DNA of 49,741 nt from Proteromonas lacertae (Eukaryota). The stretch is from positions 496,001 through 545,741 of the forward strand of contig NGBS01000872.1 in the NCBI GenBank assembly GCA_002245135.1, read 5' to 3'. The notes beneath the pieces were generated by a model, which saw nothing but the letters and a program-made list of their open reading frames with translations, ran no database searches and was not told the DNA's origin. Of this stretch, positions 36,901 through 49,741 are shown in pieces; position 1 is the first letter of the stretch; each line of letters opens with the position of its first letter. The position numbers were made by a program, and so were the translations under genes.

Positions 36901-39022
36901 CAATTAGATAAACAGTGAATTTACATTTTTAACATCACTCCATCAGTTAAGAATATTAAATATGAATGACAATCCTTGTGACAGTAATAACAACCCATTG
37001 TTAAGAATGAATATTCTCAAATACTGCTTATCATTAACTGAGATTAACCTTGAACCAATCAATATATATGAGAGATTATCAGCATTATTATATGTATATT
37101 AATTATTAAATATTCATTTAGTATATTCCTAAATCATCTGATTTTTATAATTTAATGTTTTCTGATGATATTAAGAATAGCAAATCTTTAGAAACAATCG
37201 ATGTAAGAGTTCATCTTTGTCAGAAATGTAATTATATTACTTTACAACCACCAGAATCACCTTCTCTAAATCAATGTCCACTTTGTTATGGAAATAATAC
37301 GTTTGTATTTACTGATAAGACAATAAATAAATTCAAATATTTATTAGATAAGTATAACTTTGAAAATATGAAAAATATACCATCATTTTATTCTTCGTTA
37401 TATCAAATCATTCAAAGTCAATCCATTCAAAGAGAAAAATTCTTTTATTCATATAAGGGTAGAATTTTGAAAGAAGAAGTGAAGTATAATGAATTAGAAC
37501 CTCATCCAAATGATGTCAATACAGAAGAAAGAAAGAAAAAAGTAGAAAAAGTAAATGAAATTGTTAAAAATGAATTAAAACTTAAATTAGATCAAGTATA
37601 TATAATACTGCTAATATTATTATAGAATTTAAAATTCTCTAAATTATTAAAAGGTCATTATTTAAAAATGAAGTTGTTAAACAACCCAAGAGAAAAAGAC
37701 TTTAACAGATATTATAATATTGTAAAACCAAACACTAAATATATCGAAAAGAGAGAAATTAGTAGTGCATTAAAAATACAAATGTTGTGGAAGAAATATT
37801 GTATTTATTTCTATTATTGTTATGTAAATAGACAAAACAAGTAGAGAGAGTAAACTAAACAGAAAGAAAAAAGAAAGCGCTATAATAATACAAGTATTTA
37901 TATAGTAATAGAATCTATTTTATATAGAAAAATTACAGAGGTTCAAAAGTAAGACATTCCAAAAACAATCCAATCATATTATGGATGAAAATACGAGAAG
38001 AGAAAGCGAAATTAATTCAAAGAGTATATAGAGGTTTTCACATAAGAATAACGCTTAAAAGAATAAAAGAACAATCAAAGTATTATTTTTATATTGTAAT
38101 GTATTTAGATTCAAAGATGATGAAGAATATCCAGAATTTAATTTTGATGAATTCATGGATGATATATTAAGATCTAAACCAACACCAACTCATAATAATG
38201 TACAACAACAACAGTTAGCAGAAGATGAAGAAGTAGAAGAAGAAGAAGAATATAACAATACATCAACAATGTCAAATAAACTACCTTCAGTAAATTATAA
38301 TCCAAATAGATCTCCATTGAAAGCAACTGAACCTGTTTATATTTCACCAAGACCTTCTGCATTACCTCCATTGAATCTTGAAACAACAGGAAATCTAAGT
38401 GGAAGATCAAATTCAGCTCCTGATTCTGTTGATAAAATGTCTGAACCAGCTTCATCTGTTTCAAAACTTGTATATTCAATTAGAATTATCTATATTCTTT
38501 AGTCAACTGGAAGAAATAGAAGTAAGCAAGCAGAAATCATGAAAATTATGGAGGATTGGAATATTAGTGATTATAAAACAGCAGAAGCGATATATAAAAG
38601 AAAAAAGAAGATGAAAGATTTAGAAAATGCAGATGAGCTTAATAAAAAATACAATGATCCAAAATACAGATACAATAAATTAATAGGAGAAGTGAAGAAA
38701 GCAGATGTACATGATACAAGAACTTCAAAAATGTATATAAATAAATAATAAAAACAAATAGGAGAACTAACAAAGTAAAACCAGCTTGGGTTACTCCACC
38801 AAGTTCAAGAGATAGTGGAAGTAAAGTAGATATTGGAGAAAGCTTTGAATATACAGAGAGTAGAGAAAAGAAAGAAAAATTTATGTTTCCTCCTCCAAGC
38901 CAGAAGACTTTTAATGAATTTGAATGTATTATAGGAAATATGTATAAAGTCATTATTTTTCTATTCTACTTAGATCAAATAGAAATAAGAATATGAAAAC
39001 ACAGAAAAAGAAAAGGAAGTAA
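33947..39022 (+). CDS. Leucine-rich repeat and IQ motif protein, LRRIQ1-like
   Basis: IQ motifs (IESWFRG, IQRVYRG), SDS22-type LRRs and C-terminal EDWNISDYKTAEAIYKR. One apparent homopolymer frameshift near 35150. Confidence 0.7.
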
Positions 39023-39175
39023 TAATTAATTCTTTAATTTTTTAGTTAATTCATATATTGTTTATTATTATTCCCAAATCAATAAAAGAGTTAAATAACA
39101 AAATACAATAATATATTTAAAATGTCTCTCAACTACTATTATTATTATTATTATTATATGTTTATATTAATATAT

Positions 39176-42107
<2,932 letters not shown>

Positions 42108-42198
42108 ATATAATAATAATAATATGTTTTTAAATATTGTTTTATTAATGGGTTTTTATAACAATTCACAAAGAAAATAAATACAAATAATATTTCAA

Positions 42199-43256
42199 TT
42201 ATAGTTTTAATGTTTCGATTGTCCAATTCCATAATTCTTCTTCAGCTTGATTTGTACATTTTTCAGATGGAGTTAAGATTGAATGACCACTGTATATACC
42301 AAATCCATCCATTAATAATTGTAAATAATACCATTTTGGTGAAAATGGATAACAATAAACACTCACATATTCTCCACCTTCTATCTCATCACTCGTTGCT
42401 GCATATACTGAACTAGCACATCCTTGTTCAGGAGTTAAGATTATATAAGGCAAGATTTTTTGCATTAAAGCAGGTCGATTTCGCCAGATATTGGAACTTG
42501 ATACACCTGGATGAACAGCTACTACTTTCACATGACTATTACCTTCTAATCTCAATCGACGTTGTAATTCAAATGTAAATAATGTCTATTAAAAATACAT
42601 TATATTCATATTTATACCATTGCATATTTAGATTCACGATAACTTGCAGCATATGTTCCATTCGCAGATTCTTTGAAATTACCACTTCCTAAACGATGAA
42701 TTACAGATGAGAAATTGATTATTCGACCATTCTTTGACTTCTTTATTGTCGGAAGAAGTAAATATGTCAATAGAAAATGAGACTAAAACATTTTATTATT
42801 ATCATCTATAATTATACCATATAGTTAGATTGGAAAGCTGTTTCAAATCCATCTTCAGTCATTGTACCAGATGTTGTAGAACCTGCATTGTTTATCAAGA
42901 TTTCTAAACTATCATATTTTGATTCATAACTTTTCACAAACTCTCTCACACTTTTAAAACTGTTCAGATCAATCTTCATTGCACAGATTGAACCATTCTT
43001 TTCGTTGATCTCTTTCTTTAATTCACTCACTACTTCTTCAGCTCTATCAGTATAGTATGTGTTATATATTTATACTTTTCCATGTTCCTGCATGCAATTA
43101 TCACATTCACACCTAATTGGATTAACTTCTTAGCAGTTTCTTTACCAATTCCTGAATTACCTCCTGTTATCACTGCTCTTGCTCCTTCTATCCATGGTTC
43201 AACATCATATTTCTATAACTAACAATAATAAAATATACTTTCACACAACAATTCAT
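42199..43256 (-). CDS. Short-chain dehydrogenase/reductase (retinol dehydrogenase/WWOX-like)
   Basis: TGGNSGIG, INNAG, YRESK and VHPGV motifs, with a MNCC N-terminus. Confidence 0.88.
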
Positions 43257-44453
43257 TCTTTTCAGAGAGTAAGTTCAATCGAACAAAAGAATTGTTAACA
43301 GATCTTTATCGAATAAAATGTTTGGCTATATCCAAAAATGCAATATACCCATAATTGAAGTGTTATATAATACAAAATAGCAAAGATAACATAAATTATA
43401 GATGAAAATGTGTTATATGAAGTTAAAGCAATGATAAATAATGTTATTTGTTGATAAATAGTATATTGAATGTGTTATTTAAAGTCAATCACTTATCTTC
43501 GCCAAAAGAAATGAAGATTTATAACTATTGTGGGTATATTTACATCATAAGTGCATTAAGACACTATACAAGAGACTATGAAATGACAATTCTGTTTGTT
43601 ACTTCAAGAGAAAAGAGTGAGATTTATCAACTCTTGTTAAAGAAGCGAGATATGAAATCAGTATATTCTACATGATTTATGTAATATGAAATAGTGTAAC
43701 AGACTGATTTTGAAAAGCAATAGTGTAATTTTAGTAAAGAATATGAAATTATTGAAAAGTATGAGAAATAGAATATGTTACTATGGTTATGATGAAGAAT
43801 ATTATGAGGTATTTAATGATGGAAAAGTGAAAGAATTCAAAAAGAAAGTAATAAATTGGAAGATATTTAGTTCAATTACGAAAATACTATATCGAATGAA
43901 TGAAAATCATTTAATGATTGAAGATGAAGTATTAGATTCAAGTGTAGGAACATTACCATTGTATATATAACAATATTAAAGATATATAATGAATTAGATT
44001 GAAATTATTATTACTATCAAATCGAGTAAAGAATCAGAATAATGCAAAGACGAAGAAAATGAAAGAGAATTTGTTGAAAGAAATAAATCGAATAAAGAGA
44101 GAGAATAAATCTTCATGTATTGAAGAAGAAGAAGATGATGATGATGATGAAGAAGAGTTAATGGAGTTTCCAGAATTAGAAGAAGATGAAAATAATAATG
44201 AGGTAAAAGAAAAAGTAAGTGAAGAAAGAGATAAAGAAATGGAAGAGAGATGGGAAATTCGAAGTGAAAGTACAATTCATAATAATAGTAATAATGAAAG
44301 TAAAAACAAAATATATGAGTTCTTCAATATTCAGAATGAGATGAATAGTAAATATCCCCCTTTGACTGAGGCATTATTGAAATTTCACAATACTAAGATG
44401 ATAAAAGTATAAAATTAAGTAAAACTGTGAGTTTATTTGATTGTTTTGTTTGT
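42604..44453. repeat. Left arm of near-identical inverted duplication
   Basis: Reverse complement of 47893-49741, with identical ORF translations. Confidence 0.95.
43318..44412 (+). CDS. Hypothetical protein with acidic C-terminal tract (start uncertain)
   Basis: ORFs 43448-43675, 43710-43970 and 43999-44412 are separated by GT-AG mini-introns. Confidence 0.45.
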
Positions 44454-44501
44454 TAATACAATAATAAGGAAAATGAATAAATAATTATTATTAAAGTTAA
44501 G

Positions 44502-45868
44502 TTAATCTGAATATTTAGAAGGAGATATTTCACCTTTCAATCTCACTATATTCAAACATACAAATACATATATTATCTAGTAATAATAAATAACATTGAT
44601 GATAATACGTATGGAAGAAAATACACTACTAAAAATACGAAACATAGCATGTAATACACCTTTATTATATTTCTACAATATTCCTTGAATACTTTTTCTG
44701 ATTTACAGTAATAGTCAGTTGTTTTTATATTTTCACACTACAAATAATATATAAAAAATATAATATATACATTATTTTCAGAAGAACAACAATATTCATA
44801 TGATTTAGTAACATTTCCTACTAATCCATCACTTAAATATAATAAATAGAATGTAAATAACACAAATAAAAAACATATCCATATTATTGTATGACAATAA
44901 CAATTATCTTTCAATCTAAATATCAATCGATGTGTAAAACATATCATCATATTAACTACAATGAAAAAAATTGATACTACTATGAAAATTATAACATATT
45001 TCTGTGAAATGAAATCATATTCTATTCTTCCTCTTTTCTTCAATAACACAATACATACAATTAATGGAATAATTGGACATATATTTAAAACAATAAAATC
45101 AATCATTCTAATATATTCTAATTTCCTTAAATACTTTAATGATGTATTACTTATTGGTAAAAGTATTTTAGAGTAATTCACCAACTCATGCTTTGATTCT
45201 TGTTTTGTTCTGATCATTGTCTGAGTAGATAAAAAAAATCCTACTTGTAGAAACGCATGCAAAATACAAAACACTAAAGAATTTAATAGATATTTACCAG
45301 TTGTTATATTATAATAATAATCAAATTCTTTAAACGGATTGTCACAATTAATTTCTTTTATAAATGCTTCACACTATTCATTATTAATATAATTATATCT
45401 AAATACTTGATTAGATAAAGTAGCATTACTAAAACAACACAATTTCACTGTATTTTCAATATTTTCGTTATCATATTGGTTTAATCCAATAATTAACGGA
45501 AGACCAATAAAAAGAGTGGATAGTATTCTAATAAAAATAATAATCTTAAATAATACGAATTTGCATTTAGGCAACAATCTTTTGTTTCTGTTAAATGAGA
45601 TGCTACAGTTGCATTAAATAATGCAAGCATTATTACATAGCATATATACACAATAGTCGCAATTCTATCTAAATCAGAAAACAGTGAATAACCAAAGTTT
45701 TCATTCTTATCTTTTAAATCTAAATACTGTGGAAGAATAATAAACGAACAACACTACTCAATATATTTTGGTAGGTAATACAATTTGAAGAAAAATATAA
45801 AAATATTGGCAAAATGATCTAGCACTATAAGTTTTAATACATTCGACACCAACTGATATTTGAGTCAT
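44502..45868 (-). CDS. Multi-pass membrane protein of unknown function
   Basis: Hydrophobic ORFs 45374-45577 and 44738-45274 plus flanking exons. Confidence 0.5.
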
Positions 45869-46024
45869 TCGAAAATAAAGAAAAACAAATAATAAAGAAT
45901 TTTAATCCGTTTCAAAATTTGAACATTCTCTATAGCTCAACAAGTATTGTATTTTTATCGATTTAATTACTGGAACAATATACAAAAAACAATTAATATA
46001 CAAAATGAAAAATAATAACATAAT

Positions 46025-47086
46025 TTATAATTCCGAACTTATATCTAGCTTCTTTAAAGTCCAATCCCATAATTCATTCTCCAATTTATTAGTACATAAA
46101 CTAGAAGGGTTCATTTTGCAATATCCACAATAAATACCAAAAGTATCTGATAATTTCTCAATTGTCTCACTGCCTGGAACTATTGACATATAAACACTGA
46201 TATATTCCCCACCATTAATTTCATCACTGGTAGCTGCATAAACTGAACTAATACATCCTTGTTTTGGTGTTAAAAACATATAATTCACTATTGTTTTGTA
46301 TATCAAAGACCAATTTCTCCATATATTTGATCCAACAGCACCTGGATTGACAGCTACTACTTTTATATTATTATTACCTTTCAATCGTAGTCTACGCTGT
46401 AATTCGAAAGAGAATAAAGCCTGTTTATTAATATAATAATTAACAATTCATTTATACCATTGCTAATTTCGATTCACTGTATATATGAGGATGATTACCA
46501 TTACAAGCGGTTATATATTCACCTTTAGCATGTCTATGCATAACTGAAGATAGGTTTACTATCCTAGCATTCTTAGATTTCTCTAAAAGTGGTAATAATA
46601 AATGAGTTAATAGAAAATGACTCTATCATTATAAATATTTAGCAATACCAGATAGTTCACTTGAAATACTTCAGCATTTCTATCTTCTGTCATATTTGTA
46701 GATTTATCTAAACCTGCATTATTCACCAATATATCTAATGAATTATATTTCTTCATAAATGTATCTACAAAGCTTCTAACAGATTTGAAAGAAGATAAAT
46801 CTAATTGTAATGCATCAATTGAACCATTATTTTCATTTATATCCTTTCTAAGCTCTTCTAAAGCAGATTTTGCTCTACTATAATAAATAAAGAATTACCT
46901 TTCAGTATTTCTACATGCCATTACTACATGTACACCTTTTTTAAGTAATTCTCTTGCCGTCTCCTTACCTAAACCACAATTTGATCCTGTAACAATTGCA
47001 GTACATCCTTTAACCCATGCTTCAGTTTCAAATGCCTACATAAAAATAAAATAAACTTAATATATTACTCTTAAACAACAATTCAT
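46025..47086 (-). CDS. Short-chain dehydrogenase/reductase, diverged paralog
   Basis: TGSNCGLG, VNNAG, YSESK and VNPGAV motifs, with the same intron layout as 42199-43256. Confidence 0.88.
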
Positions 47087-47399
47087 GTCAATATGATGAT
47101 ATTTTGATTGAGATTACTAAAAATTAATCCGTTTTAAGAATTCTAAAATAAAATTACAATTTTCAAGAACTATTGTCCAAAGCTGCAACTCATTTTCTAG
47201 CATATCCTCAGTATATGTCATAAGCATCATTTACCTTATTCAAAGTATCATTATCAGATTAGATATTTAGAATCTGAAAAGAAAAGTGCTTATGATGGTA
47301 TTTGAATACATTGTAGTACAATGGTTGATTAATAGATTAAATATAATGCAAAAGATCGAAAATGGTAGTATGTATAGCAAAAATCTAATCTTTCTTATT

Positions 47400-47860
47400 T
47401 TCTCAACTTATAAATGATTCTATATTCTATTGATTCACATTAGAATAAATAGATAATAATAATAATATCACATTCTAATACTCCTACCAAATCCTTTATA
47501 TAACTGAATATTTTCTATATATTAAAATAATCATATATACTTCTCTGTGTAAATCACCATTTATGAAATAATCTGTGTAAATATAACACATATCTTTCTC
47601 AATTACACTGTCGTTTAGTATTACTATATTTAGATCTCTTAGTTTTTTTAAATTTTAATTTACCTTTCTGAATTAGATGTTGAGATCATTTCTTTTCTAA
47701 TCAATACATTACCTTCATGTTTAACTAAACAAACTTTCTTATTACCATGATTTCAAAGATGATGATAATAAAAATGATAATTGAATAAAACAATGACAAA
47801 TATACCCGCAGGTTTGATAAATGTAGTAATGTTCATAATATTTTGAAAGATCTATAATTT
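47400..47860 (-). pseudogene. Possible decayed paralog fragment of the 44502-45868 membrane protein
   Basis: Translated fragments YICHCFIQLSFLLSS and LKKLRDLNI resemble FCILHAFLQVGFFLST and LKYLRKLEY, but are interrupted by stops. Confidence 0.3.
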
Positions 47861-47933
47861 CCATAATCTATGACTTATTCTTTAATACACACACAAACAA
47901 AACAATCAAATAAACTCACAGTTTTACTTAATT

Positions 47934-49028
47934 TTATACTTTTATCATCTTAGTATTGTGAAATTTCAATAATGCCTCAGTCAAAGGGGGATATTTACTA
48001 TTCATCTCATTCTGAATATTGAAGAACTCATATATTTTGTTTTTACTTTCATTATTACTATTATTATGAATTGTACTTTCACTTCGAATTTCCCATCTCT
48101 CTTCCATTTCTTTATCTCTTTCTTCACTTACTTTTTCTTTTACCTCATTATTATTTTCATCTTCTTCTAATTCTGGAAACTCCATTAACTCTTCTTCATC
48201 ATCATCATCATCTTCTTCTTCTTCAATACATGAAGATTTATTCTCTCTCTTTATTCGATTTATTTCTTTCAACAAATTCTCTTTCATTTTCTTCGTCTTT
48301 GCATTATTCTGATTCTTTACTCGATTTGATAGTAATAATAATTTCAATCTAATTCATTATATATCTTTAATATTGTTATATATACAATGGTAATGTTCCT
48401 ACACTTGAATCTAATACTTCATCTTCAATCATTAAATGATTTTCATTCATTCGATATAGTATTTTCGTAATTGAACTAAATATCTTCCAATTTATTACTT
48501 TCTTTTTGAATTCTTTCACTTTTCCATCATTAAATACCTCATAATATTCTTCATCATAACCATAGTAACATATTCTATTTCTCATACTTTTCAATAATTT
48601 CATATTCTTTACTAAAATTACACTATTGCTTTTCAAAATCAGTCTGTTACACTATTTCATATTACATAAATCATGTAGAATATACTGATTTCATATCTCG
48701 CTTCTTTAACAAGAGTTGATAAATCTCACTCTTTTCTCTTGAAGTAACAAACAGAATTGTCATTTCATAGTCTCTTGTATAGTGTCTTAATGCACTTATG
48801 ATGTAAATATACCCACAATAGTTATAAATCTTCATTTCTTTTGGCGAAGATAAGTGATTGACTTTAAATAACACATTCAATATACTATTTATCAACAAAT
48901 AACATTATTTATCATTGCTTTAACTTCATATAACACATTTTCATCTATAATTTATGTTATCTTTGCTATTTTGTATTATATAACACTTCAATTATGGGTA
49001 TATTGCATTTTTGGATATAGCCAAACAT
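47934..49028 (-). CDS. Duplicate copy of hypothetical protein 43318-44412
   Basis: Identical ORF translations on the opposite strand. Confidence 0.45.
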
Positions 49029-49089
49029 TTTATTCGATAAAGATCTGTTAACAATTCTTTTGTTCGATTGAACTTACTCTCTGAAAAGA

Positions 49090-49741
49090 ATGAATTGTTG
49101 TGTGAAAGTATATTTTATTATTGTTAGTTATAGAAATATGATGTTGAACCATGGATAGAAGGAGCAAGAGCAGTGATAACAGGAGGTAATTCAGGAATTG
49201 GTAAAGAAACTGCTAAGAAGTTAATCCAATTAGGTGTGAATGTGATAATTGCATGCAGGAACATGGAAAAGTATAAATATATAACACATACTATACTGAT
49301 AGAGCTGAAGAAGTAGTGAGTGAATTAAAGAAAGAGATCAACGAAAAGAATGGTTCAATCTGTGCAATGAAGATTGATCTGAACAGTTTTAAAAGTGTGA
49401 GAGAGTTTGTGAAAAGTTATGAAATCAAAATATGATAGTTTAGAAATCTTGATAAACAATGCAGGTTCTACAACATCTGGTACAATGACTGAAGATGGAT
49501 TTGAAACAGCTTTCCAATCTAACTATATGGTATAATTATAGATGATAATAATAAAATGTTTTAGTCTCATTTTCTATTGACATATTTACTTCTTCCGACA
49601 ATAAGAGTCAAAGAATGGTCGAATAATCAATTTCTCATCTGTAATTCATCGTTTAGGAAGTGGTAATTTCAAAGAATCTGCGAATGGAACATATGCTGCA
49701 AGTTATCGTGAATCTAAATATGCAATGGTATAAATATGAAT
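49090..49741 (+). CDS. Duplicate SDR copy, 3'-partial, with apparent frameshifting indels
   Basis: Mirror of the gene starting at 43256. Confidence 0.7.

Larger units (their letters stand above)
47893..49741. repeat. Right arm of inverted duplication (runs off the window)
   Basis: Mirror of 42604-44453. The only differences noticed are three 1-nt indels near 49422 and 49600-49607. Confidence 0.95.

Noticed and set aside
49420..49610. Frameshifts in the duplicated SDR suggesting pseudogenisation
   Set aside because: Only 1-nt indels in short A-runs near the sequence end, with no substitutions noticed, so probably low-coverage errors.

Overview
Very AT-rich, gene-dense eukaryotic nuclear DNA with about 26 protein genes split by tiny GT-AG introns (mostly about 25-40 nt). 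Intergenic spacers are often under 100 nt, and TGTT(T)GTT-like motifs follow many stop codons. This architecture resembles Blastocystis or a related gut stramenopile (inference, not confirmed). Recognisable genes are a CLC channel, DTD1, TMCO1, an STK32/YANK-like kinase, an ODC-like protein, UTP5, RBM19, GPN1, RPE, a CFAP52-like protein, an HMG-box protein, an SR protein, an LRRIQ1-like protein, a divergent beta/alpha-tubulin pair and three SDRs. Main findings: (1) four 48-50 nt U12-type introns, two AT-AC and two non-canonical AT-AA, with 3' ends 8-9 nt after the branch motif; (2) a protein combining an EEGEI motif, ten WG dipeptides, RGG, two CCHC knuckles and a SPOC-like domain; (3) a decayed 3.1-kb palindrome carrying two Zn-finger genes with signs of gene conversion; (4) a CLC lacking the gating glutamate and an ODC lacking catalytic Cys360/Asp361; (5) a near-perfect inverted duplication of at least 1.85 kb at the window end. 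Exon structures were inferred by hand, and family assignments come from motif recognition without database searches.
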